A stretch of DNA of 64,000 bases from Alphaproteobacteria bacterium (GTDB lineage: Bacteria; Pseudomonadota; Alphaproteobacteria; UBA828), in contig CBDCRW010000004.1 of assembly GCA_965221125.1 (NCBI GenBank), positions 864,001 through 928,000 on the forward strand, written 5' to 3'. Within the stretch, counting starts at the first letter, position 1. Every line of letters begins with the position of its first letter. A program made the position numbers and the translations under genes. Positions 1 to 8,806 of this stretch are shown piece by piece. The notes beneath the pieces are model-generated. The model did not search any database. It was not told the DNA's origin and saw only the letters and a list, made by a program, of their open reading frames with translations.

Positions 1-45
1 TGGCCGTGCGACGCGCGGTCGCGCCGTCCGGGCCTGCGGCCCGGC

Positions 46-130
46 AGGGCGGAGGGGGAACGCAAGTCGGCGCTGCCTGTTCTCCCTCTCCGCCCCTGGG
101 GGGCGGAGAGGGTCGGGGTGAGGTGGGGGA
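46..130. repeat. Composite GC-rich palindromic (REP-like) repeat, copy 1
   Basis: Hairpin CCCTCTCCGCCCC..GGGGCGGAGAGGG followed by TCGGGGTGAGGTGGGG; 46-90 closely matches the reverse complement of 5501-5545, including the spacer GGGGGAACGCAAG.CGG.GC.GCCTGTTCTCCCTCT. Confidence 0.75.
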
Positions 131-148
131 TTCTTTTCGGGTCGCGGG

Positions 149-937
149 CTACCTGCCCGTGAACTTGGGCAGGCGCTTTTCCATGAACGCGGTGCGCCCC
201 TCGGTGTAGTCGGCGCTGGTGAAGCAGGCCGAGACCAGCTCCTCGCAGAGCGCCGGGTCGATCCCCTCGGCGCCGCTCCGCGCGAGCTCGGCGATCATGC
301 GCTTGCTCGCGCGCATGGAGAGCGGCGCGTTGGCGGCGATGCCGCTGCAGTAGCCCTCGATGGTCTCGGCCAGCGCGTCGTCCGGCACGGCCTGGTTGAC
401 GAGGCCGATGCGCTCGGCCTCCGCGGCCGAAAAACGCCGCGCGGTGATGAGGATCTCCTTCGCGAAGGCCGGGCCCACGAGGTCGGTCAGCAGCTTGAGC
501 GAGCCGATGCGGTAGCCGACGCCGAGCCGCGCGGCCGGGATCGCGAAGGTTGCGCCCGCGCCCGCAATCCGCAGGTCGCAGGCGATGGCGAGGCCGAGCC
601 CGCCCCCCATGCAGTAGCCGCGGATCATGGCGATGGTCGGCCGGTCCGCGTTGCGGAGCCGCTGGGTCGCGCCTTCGGCAAGCTCGTCGTAGGCCGCGAC
701 GGCCTCCTCGCTCGCGCGCTCGGTCGCGAACTCGGAGATGTCGGCGCCCGAGACGAAGGCCCTCTCGCCCGCGCCCTTCAGCACGATCACGCGGATCGCG
801 GGGTCGGCCTCCAGCCGGTCGAGCGCCTCCGGCAGCGCGCGCCACATGGCGACGGAGAGCGCATTGTGCTTCGCCGGGTTGTTGAAGGTGATCCAGCCGA
901 CGGCGCCTGCCGTCTCCACGAGCAATTGGTCAGTCAT
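149..937 (-). CDS. Enoyl-CoA hydratase/isomerase (crotonase family)
   Basis: ITFNNPAKHNAL, AFVSGADISEF, GYCMGGGLGLAIACDLRIA motifs. Confidence 0.92.
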   Translation of the reverse strand: MTDQLLVETAGAVGWITFNNPAKHNALSVAMWRALPEALDRLEADPAIRVIVLKGAGERAFVSGADISEFATERASEEAVAAYDELAEGATQRLRNADRPTIAMIRGYCMGGGLGLAIACDLRIAGAGATFAIPAARLGVGYRIGSLKLLTDLVGPAFAKEILITARRFSAAEAERIGLVNQAVPDDALAETIEGYCSGIAANAPLSMRASKRMIAELARSGAEGIDPALCEELVSACFTSADYTEGRTAFMEKRLPKFTGR

Positions 938-949
938 GGCATTCCTGCT

Positions 950-2143
950 CTACACGATTCCCCGGCCGCGAAAGTCCTCGATCTCGGCGGCGCCGTAGCC
1001 GAGCGCGCCCAGAATCTGGTCGGTGTGGGCCCCGAGCTCCGGCGTCGCCCCGTGCACGTTGAATGGCGTGCGGCTGAGCCGCGCCGCCTGGGAGACGATG
1101 CGCGTGGCCCCAAGCGCCGGGTGCTCCACAGGGTGCGCCATGCCCAGGTGCTGCACCTGCGGGTCGGCGAACATCTCGTCGATGCCGTAGATCGGCCCGC
1201 AGGGCACGCCCGCCGCATTGAGCGCGTCCACCCATGCCGTGCTCGGCTTCGTCCGCGTGCGCTCGTTGATGAGCGCGTTGAGCGCCGTCCGGTTCTCGGA
1301 GCGGCCCTGCCCGGTGGCGAAGCGCTCGTCCGTGATCAGCGCCGGCATGCCCAGCGCTTCGCAGAGCCGCTCGTAGATCGCGCCGCCGGAGGTCGCGATG
1401 TTGATGTGGCCGTCGGACGTCTCGAACACGCCGGTCGGGATGCTGGTCGGGTGGTCGTTGCCCGCCTGGCCGGGGGCCTCGCCCTCGAACAGGTAGCGCG
1501 CGGCCTGGAAGTCGAGCTGCGCGATCATCGCCTGCAGCAGGGAGGACTGCACCCACTGGCCCTCGCCCGAGTGCTCGCGCTCCAGCAGGGCGACGAGGAT
1601 GCCGATGGCCGTGTAGAGTCCGGCGCTCAAGTCCGCGATGGGGATGCCGACGCGCATCGGCCCCCGGCCGGGCTCGCCGGTGATCGACATGAGCCCGCCC
1701 ATGCCTTGCGCGATCTGGTCGAAGCCCGGCCGCTTGGCATAAGGGCCGTCCTGACCGAAGCCCGAGAGGCTGGCGTAGACGATGCGGGGGTTGAGCGCGC
1801 GGAGCGTCTCATAGTCGATGCCGAGGCGGTGCTTCACGTCGGGCCGGTAGTTCTCCACCACCACGTCGGCGGTCTCCGCGAGGCGCTTGAAGATGGCGGC
1901 GCCCTCCGGCTCCTTCAGGTTCAGCGTGAGGCTCCGCTTGTTGCGGTGCAGGTTCTGGAAGTCGGGGCCGTGGCGCGCCTTGATGGGGTCGCTCGCCGTC
2001 CCCGGCGTGTCCGGCGCCTCGATCTTGATGACGTCCGCGCCCCAGTCGGCGAGCTGGCGCGCCGCCGTCGGCCCCGCCCGGTAGCGGGTGAGGTCGAGCA
2101 CGGTGAAGCGCGCGAGCGCGCCGTCTGCCGGGGGATGCGTCAT
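950..2143 (-). CDS. CaiB/BaiF (family III) CoA transferase
   Basis: VLDLTRYRAGP, LADWGADVIKIE, RNKRSLTLNLK, VVVENYRP motifs; start taken at MTHPP (2143). Confidence 0.92.
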   Translation of the reverse strand: MTHPPADGALARFTVLDLTRYRAGPTAARQLADWGADVIKIEAPDTPGTASDPIKARHGPDFQNLHRNKRSLTLNLKEPEGAAIFKRLAETADVVVENYRPDVKHRLGIDYETLRALNPRIVYASLSGFGQDGPYAKRPGFDQIAQGMGGLMSITGEPGRGPMRVGIPIADLSAGLYTAIGILVALLEREHSGEGQWVQSSLLQAMIAQLDFQAARYLFEGEAPGQAGNDHPTSIPTGVFETSDGHINIATSGGAIYERLCEALGMPALITDERFATGQGRSENRTALNALINERTRTKPSTAWVDALNAAGVPCGPIYGIDEMFADPQVQHLGMAHPVEHPALGATRIVSQAARLSRTPFNVHGATPELGAHTDQILGALGYGAAEIEDFRGRGIV

Positions 2144-2187
2144 CGGAACCCTTCTACCGCCGCCGCTGCTCTCTTGGTAGTGCGCGC

Positions 2188-3081
2188 TCACTCCTCCGAG
2201 AAATCGCGGACCGCGCTGTCGAACCGGCCGTAGCCGGCGTAGTCCACGATGTCATAGAGGTGCGCCCTGGTCATCATGCGGGGCACGAGGCCAGGCTGGT
2301 CGTCGCTCTCGTCGAGCGCGCGCAGCCCGTCCTCCACGGCCTTCATGGCGAGCCGGAAGGTCGTGACCGGGTAGATCACCAGGTTGTAGCCGAGGCCCGC
2401 CAGCGTGGCCCGCGAGAGCAGGGGCGACTTGCCGAACTCGGTCATGTTGGCCATGAGCGGCACGTCGAGCGCGGTGCGGAAGGCCTCGAACTCGCGCTCG
2501 TCCTGCAGCGCCTCGGGGAAGATCATCGCCGCGCCCGCGTCCACGTAGGCCTTGGACCGGTCGATGGCCTTCTCCAGGCCCTCCGGCGCGCGGGCATCGG
2601 TGCGGGCGATGAGCAAGAAATCCGGGTCCCGCTGGGCCTCGGCGGCGGCGCGCACCCGGCGCACCATCTCCGCCGTGGGCACCAGGGTCTTGCGCTCCAG
2701 ATGACCGCAACGCTTGGGGCTCTCCTGGTCTTCCAGGTGGCAGCCGGCGAGGCCCGCTTCCTCCAGCAGCGCGACGGTGCGGGCGGCGTTGAGCGGGGCG
2801 CCGAAGCCGGTGTCGACATCGACGATGACCGGCAGTGCACAGGCGCGCACGATCGCCTGGGCGCGGGCCGTGACCTCGCTTTGCGTTACCAGCCCGATGT
2901 CGGGCAGGCCGAGATCGGCGGAGAGCGCCGCTCCGGAGACGTAGACGCCGTCGAAGCCCTGGCGCTCGATGAGCGTCGCCACGATCGGCGCGAACGCGCC
3001 GGGGAAGCGCAGCAGGGTCCCGCTCGCGAGCGCGTTGCGGAGCGCCCGGCGGCGCTCAGGCGCAGGCGCGGGCGCGATCAC
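2188..3081 (-). CDS. prpB: Methylisocitrate lyase (ICL/PEP mutase family)
   Basis: DVDTGFG, EDQESPKRCGHL, IARTDAR, IFPEAL, ANMTEFGKSP motifs. Confidence 0.85.
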   Translation of the reverse strand: MIAPAPAPERRRALRNALASGTLLRFPGAFAPIVATLIERQGFDGVYVSGAALSADLGLPDIGLVTQSEVTARAQAIVRACALPVIVDVDTGFGAPLNAARTVALLEEAGLAGCHLEDQESPKRCGHLERKTLVPTAEMVRRVRAAAEAQRDPDFLLIARTDARAPEGLEKAIDRSKAYVDAGAAMIFPEALQDEREFEAFRTALDVPLMANMTEFGKSPLLSRATLAGLGYNLVIYPVTTFRLAMKAVEDGLRALDESDDQPGLVPRMMTRAHLYDIVDYAGYGRFDSAVRDFSEE

Positions 3082-3212
3082 GGGCGGCCTCCCCGTACCC
3101 GCGGCGGGGTGCGTTCGCCGTACAAATGGTGGTATATGGTGCGCCGGTCCGCGCCAGGGCGGGCAAGCCGCGGCCTCGTGCGCGCGGCGCCACGGGGCAG
3201 AGGAGGAGATCG

Positions 3213-4316
3213 ATGAAGCTTGGCCTGTTCATGATGCCGATCCACAACCACGTGAGGGACTACCACACCACCCTCATGGAGGATATCGAGGCGATCGTCC
3301 ATGCTGATCGGCTTGGCTTCTCGGAGGCCTGGGTCGGCGAGCACTACAGCTCCAAGTCCGAGCAGATCACCTCGCCGCTGCTCTTCCTGGCCCACGTGCT
3401 GCCGCAGACCAAGCAGATCGTCGCCGGCACCGGCGTCATCTGCCTGCCGCAGTACCACCCGGCGGTCACGGCCGGGCAGATCGCCATGTTCGACCACCTG
3501 GCGAAGGGCCGCTACATCGCGGGCCTCGGCCCCGGCGGGCTGCCGCCCGACTTCGAAATCTTCGGCATCATGGATTCGGACCGCAACGCCATGATGATCG
3601 AGGCCATCGACATCATGGTCGACATCTGGACCTCCGATCCGCCCTACGAGTACGACGGTGAGCACTGGAAGATCTCCCTCAAGGACTGGATCTACGAGGA
3701 TATCGGGCTGGGCTACATGGCCAAGCCCTATCAGAAGCCCTATCCGCCCATCGCGATCTCGGCGATGAGCCCCTTCTCGGGCTCGATCAAGTTCGCGGGC
3801 TCGCGCGGCTACATCCCGATCTCGGCCAACTTCATCGGCACGTGGTCGGCCAAGTCCCACTGGCAGGTCTACGCCGACGCGGCGGCCAAGGCGGGCCATC
3901 CGACCGATCCGGAGATCTGGCGCGTCGCCCGCAACGTCCACGTCGACGAGACCGACGAGGCGGCCGAGGCCTTCGTCAAGAAGGCCGACGACAGCACCGA
4001 CTGGTACTTCAGCTACCTCTTCCGCATCTTCGAGCGCGCCGAGATGAAGGGGCCGTTCGTGGTCAACCAGGGGGACGACCCGGCGGCGCTCACCCACGAA
4101 TCGATCCGCGACAACTACACGATCTACGGCAGCCCGGAGACGGTGGCCGAGAAGATCCTGGCGCTGCGCGACGAGATCGGCCACTTCGGCACGCTGATGC
4201 TGACGGCGCAGGACTGGACCGACAAGGAGCGGATGAAGCGCTCCATGTCGCTGCTCGCCGAGGAGGTCATGCCCAAGGTCAACGCCGCCATCGGCACGCA
4301 GGCGGCGGCGGAGTAG
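3213..4316 (+). CDS. LLM-class flavin-dependent oxidoreductase (luciferase-like monooxygenase)
   Basis: MKLGLFMMP start after AGGAGGAG; ADRLGFSEAWVGEH; GSPETVAEKI. Confidence 0.9.
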   Translation: MKLGLFMMPIHNHVRDYHTTLMEDIEAIVHADRLGFSEAWVGEHYSSKSEQITSPLLFLAHVLPQTKQIVAGTGVICLPQYHPAVTAGQIAMFDHLAKGRYIAGLGPGGLPPDFEIFGIMDSDRNAMMIEAIDIMVDIWTSDPPYEYDGEHWKISLKDWIYEDIGLGYMAKPYQKPYPPIAISAMSPFSGSIKFAGSRGYIPISANFIGTWSAKSHWQVYADAAAKAGHPTDPEIWRVARNVHVDETDEAAEAFVKKADDSTDWYFSYLFRIFERAEMKGPFVVNQGDDPAALTHESIRDNYTIYGSPETVAEKILALRDEIGHFGTLMLTAQDWTDKERMKRSMSLLAEEVMPKVNAAIGTQAAAE

Positions 4317-4350
4317 GGCGGCCGCGCGCGAGCGCCGGGGAGGACGGGCG

Positions 4351-5079
4351 ACGGCCGAGTACGCGCTCATCACCGGCGGCGCCCGCGGCATCGGGCGGGC
4401 GTGCGCCGCGCGGCTCCGCGCCGAGGGCTGCCGCGTCGTGGTCTTCGACCGCGTCGAGCCTATAGACGCGGTGGACGAATTCGTCGCCGTCGACCTCGCC
4501 GACACCGCGGCCACCGCAGAGGCGCTGGAGCGCGCGCTGGCGGACCGCACCATCACGCGGCTGGTCAACAACGTGGGCGCGGTGCGGCCGGCGCTGCTGG
4601 AAGACGCGGAGCTTGCCGACTTCGACTACCTGATGGCGCTCAACGTGCGCTCCGCCATCCAGTGCACCAAGGCGCTGGCGCCGGGGATGCGGGCGACGGG
4701 CTTCGGGCGCATCGTGAACGTCTCCAGCCGCTCCGTGCGCGGCAAGGAGCTTCGCACCAACTACGCCGCGACCAAGGCGGCGCTGATCGGGCTCACGCGC
4801 ACCTGGGCGCTGGAGCTGGGCGCAGACGGCATCACGGTCAACTGCATCTGCCCGGGCCCGACGGCGACCGAGCTTTACGTCGAGGCCAACCCGCCGGAGT
4901 CGCCCCGCACCAAGGCGGCGCTCGCCGCGATCCCGGCCGGGCGCATCGGCACGCCCGAGGACATGGCCCACGCCATCGCCTTCTTCCTCGACGCGCGCAG
5001 CTCCTTCGTCACCGGCCAGGCGATCATGGTCTGCGGCGGCTCGAGCCTCGGCGCACGGGAGAGCTACGCGCCGGCTTAG
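4351..5079 (+). CDS. SDR family oxidoreductase; apparent start codon is ACG (non-canonical start or start-loss)
   Basis: In-frame ALITGGARGIG lies upstream of the first GTG (4438); LVNNVG, NVSS, YAATK motifs; GGAGGA SD just upstream of ACG at 4351. Confidence 0.8.
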   Translation, partial: TAEYALITGGARGIGRACAARLRAEGCRVVVFDRVEPIDAVDEFVAVDLADTAATAEALERALADRTITRLVNNVGAVRPALLEDAELADFDYLMALNVRSAIQCTKALAPGMRATGFGRIVNVSSRSVRGKELRTNYAATKAALIGLTRTWALELGADGITVNCICPGPTATELYVEANPPESPRTKAALAAIPAGRIGTPEDMAHAIAFFLDARSSFVTGQAIMVCGGSSLGARESYAPA

Positions 5080-5146
5080 GTTCGCCAAGTTCCGCGGCGT
5101 TCCAAGCTCGCCGGAGCGGATCAGGCCGCCTCGCCGACCGTGACGC

Positions 5147-5365
5147 TCACGCGCCTCCCCTGCCGGCGCTCGACGGCTCGGGCAGGGTCTCGCCCTCCCG
5201 AATCGTGGTCGCGATCAGCTCGCGCAGCAGGTCCTTTGCTTCGAGGAGCGCCTCGTCGCGCGTGGCGCCGTCGGTGGCGCCCCATCCGAAATCGGGAAAC
5301 GTGACGACATGCCGGCCGTCCTCGTCGCGCTCGATCTCGGCGGGATAGTCGTAAGTGTCAGGCAT
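5147..5365 (-). CDS. HicB-like antitoxin N-terminal domain protein (orphan, short)
   Basis: YPAEIERDEDGRHVVTFPDF...TDGATRDEALLEAKDLL...GETLPEPS matches the HicB pattern. Confidence 0.8.
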   Translation of the reverse strand: MPDTYDYPAEIERDEDGRHVVTFPDFGWGATDGATRDEALLEAKDLLRELIATTIREGETLPEPSSAGRGGA

Positions 5366-5460
5366 GCGTTCGGTCTCTGGGGACACGTGCGTCGTTCCCG
5401 CATAGTTGCGCGCAATTTTGAGCGCAACTATCCGCCCTCGGCAACTGCGCGAGTCAAGCG

Positions 5461-5580
5461 CCCCCACCTCACTCCGGCCCTCTCCTCCCCGGCGGGGAGG
5501 AGAGGGAGAACAGGCGGCACCGGCTTGCGTTCCCCCTCTGCCCCTTTGGGGCGGAGGGGGACAGGGGGAGGTGGGGGTGT
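5461..5580. repeat. Composite REP-like repeat, copy 2 (two inverted palindromes)
   Basis: CCCCCACCTCACTCCGGCCCTCTCCTCCCC..GGGGAGGAGAGGG and TCCCCCTCTGCCCC..GGGGCGGAGGGGGACAGGGGGAGGTGGGGG. Confidence 0.75.
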
Positions 5581-5870
5581 TTGGTACCTATGCTTCCGGT
5601 TGCACATTTTTCATGGCATCAACCTGTGCCCGCCACTGTTTAGCCGCGGGTGCGCGACTCTTGGTATTCGCGCGCAGGTATGCGCGCCCCGCACCTTGGT
5701 GCGGTGCACGGGGCAGGCGGGTGGGGGCAGGCTCTGCGGATGCAGCGCGCAGACCGTCGCACGTCCGGGACAGCAGACCACCGTCCTTCCGGGGCTGGCG
5801 GGCCGGAGCGGCTCCGGGGAGCCGGCTCGTCGCCGGGCGCTCGTTTATCCGGCTCCAGCCGCCGCCGGGA

Positions 5871-5994
5871 CGGGCCAGCTTGGGCCACCATGAACCGCCT
5901 TGGGCCACTTTGGGTCACTTTGGGTCGCTCGTTTCGGACCACCTTGGGCCACTTTGGACCACTTTGGGCCGGAATAGACCGGAATAGGCCGCCT
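5871..5994. repeat. Degenerate 10-bp tandem array (12 units, consensus TGGGCCACTT)
   Basis: Six decamers at 5871-5930, a 4-nt shift, then six decamers at 5935-5994. Confidence 0.75.
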
Positions 5995-6073
5995 TGAAGC
6001 CTTCCGCGCAGAACGGACGCGCTCTGGTCCGCGCCCTTCACCAATGTCACGCGCGCGGCGGCGCGGCGGGCGG

Positions 6074-7138
6074 TCAGGACTGGCGCTTGAGCGCGCCCTC
6101 GGCGGAGACATCGCCCTTGAAGGGCCAGTAGAGCTCGGCGTTCCGCGTGATCCCGCTGCGCCGGAAGATGATGATCAGCATCATCACGACGCCGACCACG
6201 ACCCATGTGCTGCTGGAGGGCAGCGTGAAGCCGTCGTCGCCGAACATGCCGGACTCGAGGTTCTTCAGCAGGTCGATCACCACCGTCAGCACCACGACGC
6301 CGACCACGGCGCCGGAGAGGCTCTGCATGCCGCCGATGACCAGCATGGCGAGGGTGATGAGCGTGAGGTTGAGGAAGAAGGTGTCCACCGTGAGCATGCC
6401 GAGGAAGTGGCCGAAGAGGCCGCCGGCCATGCCGCAGAAGAAGCCGCTGATGACGAAGGCGATCAGGCGCTGGCCGAAGACGTTGACGCCGGCCGCACGG
6501 GCCGCGACCTCGTCGTCGCGCGACGCCCGCAGCGCCAGGCCGAACTTGGAGCGCGAGTAGAAGAAGGCCGCGACGATCGTGATGACCGCATAGACGTAGG
6601 CGACCCAGGGCGAGGTCGTCTGCGGCAGGCCGATCACCGAGCTGGCACCCGAGGTCCAGGTGCTCCAGCGCAGATAGACCGAGTAGATGATCATCAGGAA
6701 GGCGAACGTGCCAATCGACGCCGCGATCCCCGACAATCGCATCAGCGCGATGCCGGCCACGAAGGCGACGAAGGCGCTGAGCAGCCCCGCGAGGAGGATC
6801 GCCAGCACGAAGTGATGGGTGTTGGTCAGCAGATACTCCGGCAGGCCCGGCATGAACATGTCGCGGGTGAAAGGGCAGCAGGTCTGCCAGCCCGTGGCGT
6901 AGGCGCCCACCATCATGAAGCCGATATGGCCGAAGGACATGATCCCGGAGTTGCCGATGAACATGTAGAGGGCGACCACGATGACGACCCGGATCAGGCC
7001 CTCGGTGAGCGTCCGCGCCAGGATCCTGTCGTCGAGCGCGACCACGATGGCGGTGATGATGAGCAGGCCGACGACGAGGTTGATCACCGGCCAGAATTGC
7101 CGGATGCGCTGCATGAGCGGCGTGGTGGCGTCGATCAT
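6074..7138 (-). CDS. Branched-chain amino acid ABC transporter permease (LivM-like)
   Basis: GIMSFGHIGF, FGLALRASRDDEVAARAAGVN, MLVIGGMQSLSGAVVG. Confidence 0.9.
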   Translation of the reverse strand: MIDATTPLMQRIRQFWPVINLVVGLLIITAIVVALDDRILARTLTEGLIRVVIVVALYMFIGNSGIMSFGHIGFMMVGAYATGWQTCCPFTRDMFMPGLPEYLLTNTHHFVLAILLAGLLSAFVAFVAGIALMRLSGIAASIGTFAFLMIIYSVYLRWSTWTSGASSVIGLPQTTSPWVAYVYAVITIVAAFFYSRSKFGLALRASRDDEVAARAAGVNVFGQRLIAFVISGFFCGMAGGLFGHFLGMLTVDTFFLNLTLITLAMLVIGGMQSLSGAVVGVVVLTVVIDLLKNLESGMFGDDGFTLPSSSTWVVVGVVMMLIIIFRRSGITRNAELYWPFKGDVSAEGALKRQS

Positions 7139-8055
7139 CACACCCGCTCCTTGAACGCCCTGGTGGGCACCAGCCCTTGCGGCCGGGCCAGCAGGATCAC
7201 CACCACGAGGCCGAACACGAAGGCGTCGCGGAAGCCGCGCATCCCCTCCGGCAGGACCGCGATCAGGACGGTCGAGAAGATGCCGACGACATAGCCGCCG
7301 ACCACGGCGCCGATGAGGCTGCCCATGCCGCCGATCACCGTCGCGATGAAGGCGTAGAGCATCAGGAAGACGCCGCCGCGGAAGTTCAGGATGCCGGTCT
7401 GCGTGTGGTACATCAGCGCCATGATGCCGGCGAGCGCGCCGCTGATAATGAAGGCGAGCGCGATCACCCGGGTCGCGTTGACGCCGAGCATCCGCGCCAT
7501 CCTGAAGTCCTCGGCCGCCGCCCGCATCTCCACGCCGATGGGCGTGCGCCTGAGGAAGAGCGTGAGCAGGATCAGCAGGATCCAGGTCACCGCCACGATC
7601 ACGAGCTGCAGGATCGGCACCTGGAGCTTGCCGGAGAGCTCGATCACGCCGGTGAGCTCCGGCCAGAGGCCCACCGCCTTCGGCCGCCCGCTGTAGATCA
7701 TGATGACGAGGTTCTGGATCGAGAAGCTGAGCGCCACGGAGGCGATCATGAGGACGGCGGGCGGCGCCGTCTGGATATGGCGGAAGAGCAGGAAGTACGA
7801 GGCGAGCGCCCACACGATCACCACGCCGACCACGCAGATGATCAGCGCCACCGGATGGAAGTCGAGGATCAGCGGGATCGCGACCACCGCCGTCGCCGGC
7901 ACGATGAGCGAGAAGCCGCCCACCGTGATGAAGTCGCCGTGGGCGAAGTTGATGAGCCTGAGCACGCCGAAGAGGAGCCCGATGCCGAGCGCGCCCAGGG
8001 CATAGAAGGAGCCGAGGCTCAGGCTCGAGATGATGGTCTGGACGACGATTTCCAT
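7138..8055 (-). CDS. Branched-chain amino acid ABC transporter permease (LivH-like)
   Basis: YALGALGIGLLFGVLRLINFAHGDF, VIGGMGSLIGAVVGG, RPQGL. Confidence 0.9.
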   Translation of the reverse strand: MEIVVQTIISSLSLGSFYALGALGIGLLFGVLRLINFAHGDFITVGGFSLIVPATAVVAIPLILDFHPVALIICVVGVVIVWALASYFLLFRHIQTAPPAVLMIASVALSFSIQNLVIMIYSGRPKAVGLWPELTGVIELSGKLQVPILQLVIVAVTWILLILLTLFLRRTPIGVEMRAAAEDFRMARMLGVNATRVIALAFIISGALAGIMALMYHTQTGILNFRGGVFLMLYAFIATVIGGMGSLIGAVVGGYVVGIFSTVLIAVLPEGMRGFRDAFVFGLVVVILLARPQGLVPTRAFKERV

Positions 8056-8801
8056 CAGAAGGTCGCCTCGCCTGCGTGTTCCACCCCTTCGGTGAAGCCG
8101 AAGTAGGCCTGGCGCACTTTCTCGCCGTCCTGCAGGTCCGCGGCGTCGCCTTCCAACTGGATCTCGCCGCTGCGGAGCACGTAGATGCGGTCCGCCGCCT
8201 TGAGCGCGCGCTCGGAGCTCTGCTCGACGATCAGCAGCGTGAGCCCCCGCGCTTCCCTGAGCTCGAGCAGGACCTCGTAGACCCGGTCCACCAGGTTGGG
8301 CGCGAGGCCGAGGGAGGGCTCGTCGATGGTCATGATGCGCGGGTTGGTCAGCAGCGCGCGGCCGATCACCAGCATCTGCTGCTCGCCGCCGGAGAGCTTG
8401 CCCGCCGCGCCCTTGCGGCGCTCCGCCAGCACGGGGAAGAGCTCCAGCACCCGCTTGAAGTCGGCCTCGATCTCGCCCCGGTCGCGGCGCATCCGGGTGC
8501 CGAGCCGCAGGTTCTCCTCGACGCTGAGCGTGGTGAAGACGTGGCGGCCCTCCGGCACCTGGGAGACGCCGCGCCGCGCCACCGCCTCGGGCGTGAGGCC
8601 GGCGATCGAATCGCCGTCGAAGGTGATCGTCCCCTGCGAGGGGCGGAGCACGCCGGAGATGGTGAGCAGCGTCGTCGACTTGCCGGCGCCGTTGGGGCCG
8701 ACGACACAGACGATCTCGCCCTCGCCGACGCCGATGGAGACGCCGCGCACCGCCGGCACCCGGCCGTAGTGGACATGGATATCCTCGACGGAGAGCAGCA
8801 T
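8055..8801 (-). CDS. ABC transporter ATP-binding protein (LivF-like)
   Basis: GPNGAGKST, VPEGRHVF, LSGGEQQML, DEPSLGLAP; an alternative GTG start lies at 8810. Confidence 0.9.
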   Translation of the reverse strand: MLLSVEDIHVHYGRVPAVRGVSIGVGEGEIVCVVGPNGAGKSTTLLTISGVLRPSQGTITFDGDSIAGLTPEAVARRGVSQVPEGRHVFTTLSVEENLRLGTRMRRDRGEIEADFKRVLELFPVLAERRKGAAGKLSGGEQQMLVIGRALLTNPRIMTIDEPSLGLAPNLVDRVYEVLLELREARGLTLLIVEQSSERALKAADRIYVLRSGEIQLEGDAADLQDGEKVRQAYFGFTEGVEHAGEATF

Positions 8802-8806
8802 GCGCG

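Noticed and set aside
866-2233. Long antisense and alternate-frame ORFs here and throughout (e.g. 9912-11519, 20536-22509, 35487-37502, 49485-51638)
   Set aside because: Shadow ORFs of high-GC genes: Arg/Gly/Ala-rich, no motifs, fully overlapping well-supported CDSs.
5871-5994. Possible CRISPR array
   Set aside because: 10-bp abutting units with no spacers and no cas genes in the window.
5588-5997. ORFs across the hicB-livM intergenic region
   Set aside because: No recognisable domain or SD; they run through repeats.
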